Assembly: GCA_037200005.1 (NCBI GenBank)
Contig: JBBCGY010000001.1
Coordinates: forward strand, 42,416-106,415
Reading direction: 5' to 3'
Source of the DNA: Alphaproteobacteria bacterium
GTDB lineage: Bacteria; Pseudomonadota; Alphaproteobacteria; UBA9219; RFNS01
Length of the DNA: 64,000 bases
Each line of letters begins with the position of its first letter. Position 1 is the first letter of the stretch. The notes under the pieces are model-generated. The model was not told the origin of the DNA. It saw nothing but the letters and a program-made list of their open reading frames with translations, and ran no database searches. Positions 25,844 through 35,663 of the stretch are shown piece after piece. The position numbers and the translations under genes were made by a program.

Positions 25844-27031
25844 ATGCGCCATACGGGACATATTCGCCAGCGTTCAGAAGGGAGTTTCGAGCTTCGCTAT
25901 AGCATCGGCACCGATCCGGTCACGGGAAAATGGAAAGTCAAAACCGTCACCGTTAAGGGAACGCGCAAAGCTGCCGAGAAAGAATTGCGCCGCATACTCG
26001 ATGCAATCGATGACAATGATTATGTCGAACCCAATAAAATCACTACCCGTGATTTTTTGACACAATGGCTTGAAACAATGCGTTCCCAGATAACCCCCAA
26101 ATCCTATGAAAGCTACGCTGAAATAGTCGATAACTTCCTTATCCCAACTCTTGGCGGTCATATTCTGGCGAAACTTGCTCCGGCTGTTATCCAAAAAGCC
26201 TACAATGGATGGGAAGCTGGTGGCCGCAGGGATAAAAAGGCGGGCGGGCTGGCGGCGCGTTCCCGTCTCTATATCCACCGCATCCTTAAATCGGCACTCA
26301 AACATGCCGTGCAAATACAGCTAATCGCCCGCAATCCCGCCGACGCGGTTAAAGCGCCGCGCGTCAAGAAAGCCGCCATAACTACATTGACCGTGGATCA
26401 ATCGGCGGCGCTGCTCGATGCCCTGTCCGGCAAGCCGCTTTATTGGCCTGTGTTGCTTGCCCTAACAACGGGCATGCGCCGGGGTGAAATTCTGGCGCTT
26501 CGCTGGAAGAATATCGACTTTGAAAAGAAAACTGTTCGCGTCGTCGAAAGTCTAGAGCAAACCAACACAGGCATTCGCTTCAAGGCTCCGAAAACGGAAC
26601 GGAGTCGTGCCGTCATGTTGCCGGATTATGCCGTTGAAGAACTGCGGAGACTGAAAAAAGAACAGGAGAAAAAATTGTCGGAATCAGGAATCGGCCAAAC
26701 CACTGAAACGCTGGTTTGCGGTCGCTATGACGGCGAACCGCTATGGCCTACCTCACTTACGCATGAATTCGTGAAGGCCATGAAGAAACTGCCGAAACTG
26801 CCGCGCGCCAGATTCCATGATTTGCGCCATTCCCATGCCACGCAACTCCTGACAGCAGGAATCCATCCCAAAATCGCGCAAGAACGGCTGGGACATACCA
26901 CGATTACGACAACCCTAGACCTCTATTCCCATGCGACGGACACCATGCAAGACGAGGCTGCATCAAAGCTCGACAATGCCTTCCGTTCTGCTATAAAGGC
27001 CCGTTCCGACCAAGCGCCACGACTAGGATAA
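25844..27031 (+). CDS. int: tyrosine-type site-specific recombinase / phage integrase
   Basis: C-terminal catalytic signature 'RFHDLRHSHAT...LGHTTITTTLDLYSH' (R..HxxR..Y); N-terminal SAM-like domain; start taken at the internal ATG with 'ggaggc' RBS. Confidence 0.9.
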   Translation: MRHTGHIRQRSEGSFELRYSIGTDPVTGKWKVKTVTVKGTRKAAEKELRRILDAIDDNDYVEPNKITTRDFLTQWLETMRSQITPKSYESYAEIVDNFLIPTLGGHILAKLAPAVIQKAYNGWEAGGRRDKKAGGLAARSRLYIHRILKSALKHAVQIQLIARNPADAVKAPRVKKAAITTLTVDQSAALLDALSGKPLYWPVLLALTTGMRRGEILALRWKNIDFEKKTVRVVESLEQTNTGIRFKAPKTERSRAVMLPDYAVEELRRLKKEQEKKLSESGIGQTTETLVCGRYDGEPLWPTSLTHEFVKAMKKLPKLPRARFHDLRHSHATQLLTAGIHPKIAQERLGHTTITTTLDLYSHATDTMQDEAASKLDNAFRSAIKARSDQAPRLG

Positions 27032-27111
27032 ATTGGTTCTGTAGCAATTTCTGTAGCAAAATCGATTTTGCTTCCGGTAGGAATACTCTAAGTGTATGTT
27101 TTTGCTGATGT

Positions 27112-27187
27112 GACCTTGTAGCTCAGCCGGTAGAGCATCTGACTTTTAATCAGGGGGTCGCGGGTTCGAACCCCGCCGAGGTCACCA
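27112..27187 (+). tRNA. tRNA-Lys (anticodon UUU)
   Basis: 76-nt cloverleaf folded by hand: acceptor GACCTTG/CGAGGTC, D-stem GCTC/GAGC, anticodon loop CTTTTAA, T-arm GCGGG-TTCGAAC-CCCGC, encoded CCA. Confidence 0.9.
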
Positions 27188-27220
27188 GCTATAAACGGAC
27201 TTTTAAGTCCGTTTATAGCT
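27187..27220 (+). terminator. perfect 14-bp hairpin immediately after the tRNA
   Basis: agctataaacggac-ttttaa-gtccgtttatagct. Confidence 0.4.
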
Positions 27221-27228
27221 GGTTATGA

Positions 27229-27250
27229 AGTTGGGTTCGAACCCGCGACA
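27229..27250. repeat. tRNA 3'-end-like fragment (GGGTTCGAACCCGCGAC), possible att-site remnant
   Basis: 12/12 match to the tRNA T-arm 'GGGTTCGAACCC', located 45 nt downstream of the tRNA. Confidence 0.3.
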
Positions 27251-27268
27251 AAATAACAGTCGGGTTCA

Positions 27269-27291
27269 CTTCCTGCCCAAGAGGCAGGAAG
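27269..27291 (-). terminator. hairpin downstream of the EAL regulator gene (possible terminator)
   Basis: cttcctgcc-caaga-ggcaggaag, ~70 nt beyond the stop of 27361-28557. Confidence 0.3.
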
Positions 27292-27360
27292 CCACGCGGC
27301 AAAAAATCCAATAAAACACTTCGCGTACAACCCCGCCACAGCGCCGCCATACACGAGGCT

Positions 27361-28557
27361 CTAACCCCGCCCATAACCCGCGCAGAATTCGACGAGCGAT
27401 TCCAAATTCATCGGCCTGGCGATAAAATATCCCTGAGCGAGATCGCATCCCATGCCCTTCACGGTCTCCCAGTCTTTCTCAGTTTCGATTCCTTCCGCGA
27501 CGCATTGGATCTCCAGCTGATGCGCCATCTCAATGCTGGATTTTACGATGATGCCCAATGCGTTGTTGTCGGCGCAGTCTCTGATGAAGGACTGGTCGAT
27601 TTTCAGTTCTCTGAAATCGATGCGCATCATCTGCTGGATATTGGAAAATCCCGTGCCGTAATCGTCGATGGAAAGCGGAAAGCCGTGCATCCTCAGCCTG
27701 GCCAGATTTTCCAGGGAATGCGCGACATTCAGCATGGCCGCGGACTCGGTGATCTCGAACATGACGAGATTCGGATTGATGCCCGCATCGCGCACGACCC
27801 GCAGGATTTTATCCGCGAGATCGGGATTGTCCAGGAGACTGGGGGATAGATTGACGGAGACGGAAAGCGGATGGCCGTTGTCGTGCAGAAGCCGGCAAGC
27901 GGCGATGGATTTTTCCATAATGAGGTAGGTCAGCTTCTCGATATTATCGCTTTTCTCGAGCGGCTCGATGAAGGCGTAGGGGGAGATGACGCCATGTTCG
28001 GGGTGAATCCACCGGGCGAGCGCCTCCGCGCCATGCACGATGCCGGTCTTAAACCCGACCTTGGGCTGATAGAAAGGCTCGAACTGCTTCTGCTCTATGC
28101 CGTTCAGAATATCCTCGATGGTAAAATCAGGCGTCGCCGCCTGCCTGGACGTCCTGGACTGGAGGGCGCGATGCCGTGAAATAAAGGCTTCGATATGCAA
28201 CGGCGAAAGAGGCTTCTGTATCGCTCCCAGCAGCCTGACATTATAGGCGGCGGCCATTTTCTTCACCGTCCCGATGAGGGCGCCGTCGTGCGAGCTTATG
28301 ATGACGACGGAAACGTCCGGATGATTCTTCCCCAAATGGCGGAGAAATTCCATGCCGTCCATTCCGGGCATATTGAGATCGCAAAGAACGATATCGATCG
28401 AATTTCCGTCCTGGCGCCGGAGTATCTCCAGCGCCATTTTGCCGTCGGATGCTTCCAATACCGGCTTGGAGCTATGCGGGCGCAGCATATTCGCCGTCGT
28501 CAGCCGCAAGAAATCGTCATCGTCCAGCACCAGGAAATTCAACTCATCTTTGCTCAT
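27361..28557 (-). CDS. response regulator with REC and EAL (c-di-GMP phosphodiesterase) domains, RocR/PvrR-like
   Basis: N-terminal REC (LVLDDDDF...DIVLCDLNMPGMDG); EAL motifs 'EALARW', 'DDYGTG', 'EGIET', 'QGYFIARP'. Confidence 0.9.
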   Translation of the reverse strand: MSKDELNFLVLDDDDFLRLTTANMLRPHSSKPVLEASDGKMALEILRRQDGNSIDIVLCDLNMPGMDGMEFLRHLGKNHPDVSVVIISSHDGALIGTVKKMAAAYNVRLLGAIQKPLSPLHIEAFISRHRALQSRTSRQAATPDFTIEDILNGIEQKQFEPFYQPKVGFKTGIVHGAEALARWIHPEHGVISPYAFIEPLEKSDNIEKLTYLIMEKSIAACRLLHDNGHPLSVSVNLSPSLLDNPDLADKILRVVRDAGINPNLVMFEITESAAMLNVAHSLENLARLRMHGFPLSIDDYGTGFSNIQQMMRIDFRELKIDQSFIRDCADNNALGIIVKSSIEMAHQLEIQCVAEGIETEKDWETVKGMGCDLAQGYFIARPMNLESLVEFCAGYGRG

Positions 28558-29338
28558 GGGCCGCCTTCCTATGCATCACGGTCGGACAGTTGGTATAGTA
28601 ATATTCGAGCTTCTCGGGAGAAAAATTCTTGGCGACGAAGCCCTTGGCGCCGAGATTCTTAGCGGTCAGGACATTATCCTTCACGCTGTCGCTGCTGATA
28701 ATAATAACATAAGCGCTGGGGTCGAAGCTAAGAATCTCGGATAACGCTTCCATGCCCGAGCCTCCAGGCAGATGAATATCGAGAAAAAGTATGTCGGGGA
28801 GCATACTTAAGTATGTTTCCACGAGGCCGTCGATGCCGCCCACTTCGACGACATGTATTTTGGGATGGAAAACCCTGGCGATCAGCGACCTGACGAACAT
28901 ATCGTCCTCGACCACCATGACGATGTCGCGCGCCCTTTCCATTCTCGCCGTGAGCAAAGGAGGCGTGTCCGATTTTTCCTTCATGGCGTCCTGAAGCCGA
29001 AGCTGGAGCCTGGGCAGCCCTCCCATGGCGGCGGGCATCGCCTCGACGGAACAGCTATATTGCGGCATTGTCTTTTCAATATCCGAGCACAGGCCGTCAG
29101 GATCCGTTTGCGGCCCCATATTGACGAGCGCCAGAATCTCCCGGCCGGCGCATACGAAAATAACCCCATCGATGCCGCGAAAGTACTCGCGCAACTTCCA
29201 TGCTATATGGGGCGCGTTATGCGTGGTCTTCCCTGTCAGGGAGACGGCGACGAATTGCCACGCGTTTATATCTTTTTTGACTTTGGCGGCGAATTGTAAG
29301 AGCTTCGCATGATCATAGGAAGGCAGAAACTCCATCAT
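28544..29338 (-). CDS. response regulator: C-terminal REC domain with N-terminal domain of unknown function
   Basis: 'VMVVEDDMFVRSLIARVF...ILFLDIHLPGGSGMEALSEI...AKGFVAK' is a CheY-like receiver; 14-nt overlap with the downstream EAL gene. Confidence 0.75.
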   Translation of the reverse strand: MMEFLPSYDHAKLLQFAAKVKKDINAWQFVAVSLTGKTTHNAPHIAWKLREYFRGIDGVIFVCAGREILALVNMGPQTDPDGLCSDIEKTMPQYSCSVEAMPAAMGGLPRLQLRLQDAMKEKSDTPPLLTARMERARDIVMVVEDDMFVRSLIARVFHPKIHVVEVGGIDGLVETYLSMLPDILFLDIHLPGGSGMEALSEILSFDPSAYVIIISSDSVKDNVLTAKNLGAKGFVAKNFSPEKLEYYYTNCPTVMHRKAAHEQR

Positions 29339-29346
29339 CTTCTCCC

Positions 29347-31860
29347 ATGCCGCATAAGGTGGCCTTATGCATAAGGAATGAAACCGTGGCCGAGCCGTAT
29401 AATGAACAATTTTTGACTAAACTCCACCTGTTTGTCAAAGCCGCAAGCGTAGCCATTATTCTGGGCGGCTGCGCCTCTATTGCCGGGTGGCAATTCGATA
29501 TTGCCGCGCTGCGGAGCCTCGGGCCGGGCTTCACGGCGATGAATCCCGGCTCGACGGCGATCGGCTTTTTGCTGACGGGCTGGGCGCTATGGGGCCGGCA
29601 GGCGGGAGTGCCTCACCGTCTAAAATATCAGGCTCATATATGCGCTTTCGGCATTCTGGCGATCGCTATCTGCTGGATCGTCGTCCGATGGCTCGGCTGC
29701 GATTGCGGCATGGACCAGATGCTGTATCGGGATAAGCTTCACATGGAAGCTCTGCTCACCGGCCGTCCCAACCGCATGGCGCCGAACACGGCGGCGACGT
29801 TTCTTCTTGCCGGGCTTGCGCTGCTGTTTCTCGACGTCAAATACCGCCGCATACGCATATGGCCGGCGCAGTTTCTCGCCGTAGGCGTCATATTAAGCTC
29901 CCTGCTGACACTTATCGGCTATTTATACAACTCGATCTCCTTGATCGGCTTCAAGAATTTTACGCCCATGGCGCCCAATACGGCCACCTTGTTCCTGCTG
30001 ACGGGCGGCGCGATTCTATGCCTGCGTCCCAAACGCGGCCTGATGGCCATTATAAGCGGCGCAGGCGCGGGCGGCATGCAAGCGCGCCGCCTGCTGCCTT
30101 TGATCGTCGCGATCCCCGCCAGCGTCGGCTTGATAGAAGAACACGCCCAGTCGGCGGGCCTGCTGGATCAAGCCCTCCTGCTGCCGGTTTTCGCGCTGAC
30201 CAATATCGTCGCCCTTGCGGCATTGATCTGGTGGGGCTCGGCTTCCGTAGGAAAATTGGATCGCCAGAGGCGGCACGCCGAGGAGGATCTGCAAAAAGAA
30301 AAAGCCGCTTCCGACAAAGCCAATCAGGCCAAATCCGAATTCCTGGCCAATATGTCGCATGAGCTGAGAACGCCGCTCAACAGCATCATCGGCCTGAACC
30401 GGATGCTTTACGAAGATAAAACCCTCGATGCCGAGCATAAGGAAATGGTCGGCATTTCCTTCCGGGCGGCCACCAATCTGCTGAACATCGTCAATGATAT
30501 TCTCGATTTATCGAAGATCGAGGCCGGAGCCCTGGAACTCGAAAAGATCATCTTCTCGCCGGAAGAAGTGGCCAACAACATCATGGAGGTATTCCTTCCT
30601 CTATGCAGTCAGAAGGGCCTGGCGCTGACGTGCGATTTCGCCACCGGCACCGCGCCTTATCTCGTCGGCGATCCGCTCCGGCTGGGGCGCATCATGCTCA
30701 ACCTGGTCAGCAATGCCGTCAAATACACCGAGAAGGGATCGATCAAGATCGATATCTCGTTTTCTCCCGCCGGTCCGGATTACCTGACGATGGATTGCGG
30801 CGTCACGGACACGGGTATCGGGATACCGGCGGACAGGCTGGACCGCATCTTCGACAAATTCATGCAGGCGGATTCTTCCATCACGCGCAAATATGGCGGC
30901 ACCGGGCTTGGCCTGAATATCGCCCAGCATTTGACCGCGCAGATGGGAGGGCAGATGGGCGTGGAGAGCGCCGAAGGCGTAGGGTCGCGTTTTTGGTTCA
31001 GAATTCCGTTCCCGACTTCGGAAATCAGGCCCATGCTCGATAAAAGAATCTTCCAGGGCCAGCATCCGGACAGGCTGCCCGAAGAACGGCGGAAAAGAAT
31101 GGAGGATATCAGCATTCTGGTCGGGGAGGACCATCTGCTGAATCAGGAATATGTGACAAGGCTTCTGGCCAGAATGGGCCTCGGCAACCATCATATCGTG
31201 GACAGCGGGAAAATGATCCTGGAGGCCCTGGACCGGAAATCATACGATCTCATCCTGATGGATTGCCACATGCCCCTCCTGAGCGGATATGAGGCGACGA
31301 AGGCGATCCGGCTCAAGGAAAAAGAAACCGAGAACCATGTTCCCATCATCGCCATGACGGCGGACGCCATGCCCGGAACGCGGGAACGGTGCCTGATCTC
31401 GGGCATGGATGATTATATCAGCAAGCCGATCAATCCCGACGAACTGCGTCATATCATGAGCCGGTGGGTGACGTTCGCGGACGATGATAGCGCGGACGGC
31501 CCCCATGAAGCCGCGGCGGCGCTCGGCGGCGCATTCGGTCTTCCCACCTTGATGGCTTTCGCGAAAAGCGACGACGATCTGCGGCGGCTGCAGGAAGTGT
31601 TCGTGCGGCAGTCGGAGCACACCCTCGAAGGCTTGCGCAATAATCGCAGCGACGGAGAGAATGCGGCATGGGTCGAAGCGGCGCATAAATTAATGGGAAG
31701 CGCGACGGCGGCAAAGGCGGAAAAACTAAGGGCCGCGTGCGAACGGGCGCAAGAAATGGCAAACGCCGCCGCCATTCAGCGCCAGGCGATCTTCGATGAG
31801 ATTTGCGCGGCCTATGACGAAGTCAAGAAAATCCTTCTGGAAGAAAAATGGCATGGCTGA
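29347..31860 (+). CDS. hybrid sensor histidine kinase (membrane sensor - HisKA - HATPase_c - REC - Hpt), RocS1/unorthodox-type
   Basis: Multiple N-terminal TM segments; H-box 'ANMSHELRTPLNSIIGL'; ATPase G-boxes 'DTGIGIP', 'GGTGLGL'; REC 'LILMDCHMPLLSGYEATKAIR'; C-terminal Hpt-like 'AHKLMGSATAAKAEKL'. Confidence 0.9.
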   Translation: MPHKVALCIRNETVAEPYNEQFLTKLHLFVKAASVAIILGGCASIAGWQFDIAALRSLGPGFTAMNPGSTAIGFLLTGWALWGRQAGVPHRLKYQAHICAFGILAIAICWIVVRWLGCDCGMDQMLYRDKLHMEALLTGRPNRMAPNTAATFLLAGLALLFLDVKYRRIRIWPAQFLAVGVILSSLLTLIGYLYNSISLIGFKNFTPMAPNTATLFLLTGGAILCLRPKRGLMAIISGAGAGGMQARRLLPLIVAIPASVGLIEEHAQSAGLLDQALLLPVFALTNIVALAALIWWGSASVGKLDRQRRHAEEDLQKEKAASDKANQAKSEFLANMSHELRTPLNSIIGLNRMLYEDKTLDAEHKEMVGISFRAATNLLNIVNDILDLSKIEAGALELEKIIFSPEEVANNIMEVFLPLCSQKGLALTCDFATGTAPYLVGDPLRLGRIMLNLVSNAVKYTEKGSIKIDISFSPAGPDYLTMDCGVTDTGIGIPADRLDRIFDKFMQADSSITRKYGGTGLGLNIAQHLTAQMGGQMGVESAEGVGSRFWFRIPFPTSEIRPMLDKRIFQGQHPDRLPEERRKRMEDISILVGEDHLLNQEYVTRLLARMGLGNHHIVDSGKMILEALDRKSYDLILMDCHMPLLSGYEATKAIRLKEKETENHVPIIAMTADAMPGTRERCLISGMDDYISKPINPDELRHIMSRWVTFADDDSADGPHEAAAALGGAFGLPTLMAFAKSDDDLRRLQEVFVRQSEHTLEGLRNNRSDGENAAWVEAAHKLMGSATAAKAEKLRAACERAQEMANAAAIQRQAIFDEICAAYDEVKKILLEEKWHG

Positions 31861-31961
31861 TGACGGCCCGCGGAAAGTCGCGGCCGGGCGCATCGCCGTC
31901 TTGAATTCTTCACAATTCCATGCGTCAATGATGGCATCATTTTTTTCAGACGGGGTGCGTC

Positions 31962-32405
31962 ATGATGCGTCATTTATTCTTGGGACTTGGCCTTATGCTG
32001 CTCTCGGACTGCGCGGCGGCCGATACGATGGCTGAGGGGATGGCCAATGGGATGGAAAGCCCATCCTGGCAGGGAGCGATAGCGGCGCATGCGGATGTGT
32101 CCGATTTCGCCGTCGCCATAGACGAAAATTCATGGCGGGAATTATGGCAGCGGATCGGACAGCCCGCCCCTTCTCCCTTGCCGGAAGGCCAAATGGCGGT
32201 CGCGGTTTTCCTGGGACAGAAGCGAAGCGGGGGCTATAAAGCCGAAATCGTCGGGGTGCAGGAGCATGAGAGCAACCTGACCGTTTCTTACCGCGAGCAT
32301 CGCCCCCGCCTCGGCGCCATGGTGACGCAGGTGATCACGTCGCCCTATGCGGTGACGCTTCTGCCGCTCACGACACTGCCGGTCAAATTCGAAAAGGCCG
32401 ATTAG
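31962..32405 (+). CDS. exported hypothetical protein (possible PrcB_C-like domain)
   Basis: signal peptide MMRHLFLGLGLMLLSDCAAA; 'GQKRSGGYKAEIVGV' resembles the PrcB C-terminal TGGY motif. Confidence 0.4.
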   Translation: MMRHLFLGLGLMLLSDCAAADTMAEGMANGMESPSWQGAIAAHADVSDFAVAIDENSWRELWQRIGQPAPSPLPEGQMAVAVFLGQKRSGGYKAEIVGVQEHESNLTVSYREHRPRLGAMVTQVITSPYAVTLLPLTTLPVKFEKAD

Positions 32406-33733
32406 CCGGCAGCGGCAGGGGCCTCAGGGGCTTCTTTCCGCGCCATGATCGCCGTGAAGAATCCGTCCGTGCCGTGCTGGGCCGGGGTCAGACGCATGAC
32501 ATCCCCTTCGCACGGCGGCGGCGCCGAGGCGACTTCGCGCCAGACCTCGCTATAGGGCATAAGCGTGAAATCCTCATGCGCGGCGAGAAATGTTTCCACC
32601 TGCTGCTGATTTTCTTCCGCGAGTAATGAGCATGTCGCATAAATCAGCCGCCCGCCCGGCTTGACCAGCCGCGCGGCGCTGGCGAGAATCCGCGCCTGAA
32701 GCGGCAGAAGCTCGGCAAGTCCTGGGCCTAGCTTTTTCCAGCGCGCGTCGGGATTGCGCCGCCAGGTGCCCGTGCCGGAACAGGGCGCGTCGGCCAGCAC
32801 GCGGTCGAACGCGCCTTTCTGCCGCTTGACCCAAGGATCGGATTCCGCCGCCAGAGTCCGGGTTTCGATATTATGCAGCCCGGCGCGGCGGAACCGTTCT
32901 GTCGCCCGTTCCAGGCGCTTGCCGAGAACGTCGCAGGCCGAGACGCGCCCCTTATTCGCCATCGCCGCCGCCATGGCCAGGGTTTTGCCGCCCGCTCCGG
33001 CGCAGAAATCGGCGACGCGCATGCCCGGACGGGCGTCGGCCAGCAGCGCGGCGAGCTGCGAGCCTTCATCCTGAATCTCCACCCTGCCTTCCTTGAAGGC
33101 CGCGAGCGTCGGCAGCGCGGCGCGCGCGCCGAGCCGCAGCCCGTAAGGCGCATAGCGGCTTGGCTTGGCCGAAAGCCCGGCTTCCGCAAGCTCGCGGATA
33201 ACGTCGTCGCGGTTTGCCTTGACCTGATTGACCCGCAGGTCGAACGGCGCGGGCGCGCATAGCGCCTCGAGCTCTTCTTCGCATCGCGCGCCGAACTGCG
33301 CCTCGAACAGCGGCCATAAATCTTCGGGACATTCCACGCGGACATGGACGGGCATGCGGGGATGCAGAAGGTCATGCCCCTTGAGCTTGCCGAGAAATTT
33401 TTCCTCCTCCATGCCGAGCATGTCGGGCGCGAATCGCGCGCCGGAAAAATAGGCGGCGGTCGGCGCTTCCTTCTCGTCCAGCACCAATCGCAGATACGCA
33501 ATCGTCAGCAGGCGCGGCGACGGCGAAGCCCCGTAATGCCCGCACCACCAGGAAAGCCGCGCCCTGTGGCGCAGGATGCCGTAAGCGGTCTCCGCGACCG
33601 AGGTGCGGTCTTTCGCGCCGATATAGCGATGGCCGCGGAAATACGCGGATATCAGCGCGTCGGCGGGCCGCGCCTCCTGCTCGATCATGCCGAGAATATC
33701 GATGACGGCTTGCAGCCGCGCGGCGGGGCTCAT
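32402..33733 (-). CDS. rsmB: 16S rRNA (cytosine967-C5)-methyltransferase RsmB/Sun
   Basis: N-terminal NusB-like domain; SAM motif 'DFCAGAGGKT'; catalytic 'DAPCSGTG' and 'LIYATCS'; C-terminal 'GTDGFF'. Confidence 0.85.
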   Translation of the reverse strand: MSPAARLQAVIDILGMIEQEARPADALISAYFRGHRYIGAKDRTSVAETAYGILRHRARLSWWCGHYGASPSPRLLTIAYLRLVLDEKEAPTAAYFSGARFAPDMLGMEEEKFLGKLKGHDLLHPRMPVHVRVECPEDLWPLFEAQFGARCEEELEALCAPAPFDLRVNQVKANRDDVIRELAEAGLSAKPSRYAPYGLRLGARAALPTLAAFKEGRVEIQDEGSQLAALLADARPGMRVADFCAGAGGKTLAMAAAMANKGRVSACDVLGKRLERATERFRRAGLHNIETRTLAAESDPWVKRQKGAFDRVLADAPCSGTGTWRRNPDARWKKLGPGLAELLPLQARILASAARLVKPGGRLIYATCSLLAEENQQQVETFLAAHEDFTLMPYSEVWREVASAPPPCEGDVMRLTPAQHGTDGFFTAIMARKEAPEAPAAAG

Positions 33734-34959
33734 GGCTCACCTATAAGACGCCGCGCCTCGGCCAGGCAAGCATCGCGCTCCGCCTTGAAACCGCCCGCGA
33801 TCCACCAATCCTCGATCTCGCGCATCATGACGCCGAGGCGCGGCGACGACGCAAGACCAAGCTTCAAGAAATCCTCGCCGGTCAGAGGAAAGCGCGGCGC
33901 GTTCCACGCAGCGGCAGCCGCCAGCAATTCCGGCAATAGGGGCGGCAGGCCGTCCGCTGCCGCCTGCAGCAGCAGCCGCGCCTTGCCGTAAGGTGCGCCG
34001 TAACGGTACAGCGCCTTGTTAAACGCCTTGCGGTCGGGCGCGGCGGCGCGCGCCGGATCGAGCAGATCGAGAATATCGCGCATCTCGCGGTTCGGCAGGC
34101 GCAGCGCGGCATGCAGCACCGGCTCGAGCTGCCTGTCCTCGCGCAGCAGCGCCGCGAAACGCAGTGCGAAACCGGCATCGGGCGCAAGGGACAGCAAGCG
34201 CCCCAGCCGCTCAAGATCGAGATCGAGCGGCAGGACTTCCGCCAGCACGCCGTGTTTTTTCATCAAGGCGAGCGCGGACGCGGGATCGGGCGCGAGCAAC
34301 AATTTCCGCCATTCCTGCGTGATCCGTTCGCGCGAAAGCTGGACCATGCCGCCCGCAGCTTCGGCGCAGGCGGCAAGCGCCGCCTCATCGGCTTTGGCGC
34401 GCCCGTACCAGGCATGAAAGCGGAAGAACCTTAAAATCCGCAGATAATCCTCGGCGATTCTTTCCTCGGCACGGCCGATGAACCGCACGCGCCCGGCGCG
34501 CAAATCCTCCAGCCCGCAATGATAGTCATAAACGCGGCCCTCGGAATCGGCATAAAGCGCGTTCATCGTAAAATCGCGCCGCGCCGCGTCTTCGGCCCAT
34601 TCGTCGGTATAGGCGACTTCGGCATGGCGGCCGTCGGTTTCCACGTCGCGGCGCAGGCTGGTGATCTCGTAGCCCCTGCCCTTGACCACCGCCGTGACGG
34701 TGCCGTGCGCGAAGCCGGTGCGGACCACCTTGATCCCCGCCTGCAGCAAAAGCGCCTCGGCGATTTCGGGCGGACGGTTTACGGCGAGATCGACCTCCCC
34801 CACCAGCCTGCCCAGAAACATATCCCGCACCGCGCCGCCGACGGCCCGCGCCTCGGCTCCCGCCGCCGCGAAGATGGTGAAAATCGCGCGCAGGCTTTTA
34901 TCGCGCAGCCATGGTTGCTGCGCGGCGTCGATGGCCGTCGCGGGTTGTCCTGTATTCAT
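33730..34959 (-). CDS. cca: CCA-adding tRNA nucleotidyltransferase / poly(A) polymerase family protein
   Basis: head motif 'GGAVRDMFLG...DLAV' (GGxVRD...DxD) of class II nucleotidyltransferases; 4-nt overlap with rsmB. Confidence 0.8.
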   Translation of the reverse strand: MNTGQPATAIDAAQQPWLRDKSLRAIFTIFAAAGAEARAVGGAVRDMFLGRLVGEVDLAVNRPPEIAEALLLQAGIKVVRTGFAHGTVTAVVKGRGYEITSLRRDVETDGRHAEVAYTDEWAEDAARRDFTMNALYADSEGRVYDYHCGLEDLRAGRVRFIGRAEERIAEDYLRILRFFRFHAWYGRAKADEAALAACAEAAGGMVQLSRERITQEWRKLLLAPDPASALALMKKHGVLAEVLPLDLDLERLGRLLSLAPDAGFALRFAALLREDRQLEPVLHAALRLPNREMRDILDLLDPARAAAPDRKAFNKALYRYGAPYGKARLLLQAAADGLPPLLPELLAAAAAWNAPRFPLTGEDFLKLGLASSPRLGVMMREIEDWWIAGGFKAERDACLAEARRLIGEP

Positions 34960-35007
34960 GTGACGAGGGTTATAGAACAGATTGCGCGGCGGGGGAACTT
35001 CCGAAAA

Positions 35008-35658
35008 TTACATGGTTCCGAACATGCGGTCCCCGGCATCGCCGATGCCGGGAACGATATAGGCGTTCTCGTTGAGCCGGTCGTCGAGGGCGGCGCAATA
35101 GACCCTGATCGCGGGATGCTTGGCGAAAAAGGCGCGCAGGCCTTCCGGCGCGGCGATCAAGGCCATGACGCGGATTTTTTCCGGCGCGATGCCCTGCTTG
35201 AGGACGAGATCGCAGGCATGAATCAGCGAGTTGCCGGTCGCCAGCATCGGGTCGACGACGAAAAACATCTGCCCCCTGTCCTTGGGCAGACGCACCAGAT
35301 ATTCGACGGGCATTTTGGTGTCGTGGTCGCGATACACGCCGATATGCCCCACCTGAGCGGTCGGCATCAGGTCGAGCAGGCTTTCCGCCATGACGAGGCC
35401 GGCGCGCAGCACCGGCACGATGCAGGGTGGCGGCCCGGCCAGCGCCGGCGCCATCATCTCGGCGAGCGGCGTTTTGATGGGACGCTTGGTGGTCTCGAGG
35501 CCGCGCGTCACTTCATAGCCGACCAAAAGCGAGATTTCGCGCAATAAGGTGCGGAAGCCGTAAGCCTCGCGCGACACTTCGCGCATCTGCGTCAGTTTAT
35601 GCTGGATAAGGGGATGATCGACGATGAAGAAATTGGGGTACTCGCTGACCTTTTGCAT
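35008..35658 (-). CDS. upp: uracil phosphoribosyltransferase
   Basis: 'VVDPMLATGNS' PRPP-binding motif and C-terminal 'YIVPGIGDAGDRMFGT'; start taken at MQKVSEYPN. Confidence 0.9.
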   Translation of the reverse strand: MQKVSEYPNFFIVDHPLIQHKLTQMREVSREAYGFRTLLREISLLVGYEVTRGLETTKRPIKTPLAEMMAPALAGPPPCIVPVLRAGLVMAESLLDLMPTAQVGHIGVYRDHDTKMPVEYLVRLPKDRGQMFFVVDPMLATGNSLIHACDLVLKQGIAPEKIRVMALIAAPEGLRAFFAKHPAIRVYCAALDDRLNENAYIVPGIGDAGDRMFGTM

Positions 35659-35663
35659 CGCTT

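Noticed and set aside
32728-33501. 257-aa alternative-frame ORF within rsmB, and 34519-35547 plus-strand ORF across cca/upp
   Set aside because: Arg/Ser/Pro-rich. The in-frame RsmB, CCA and Upp motifs identify the real frames.
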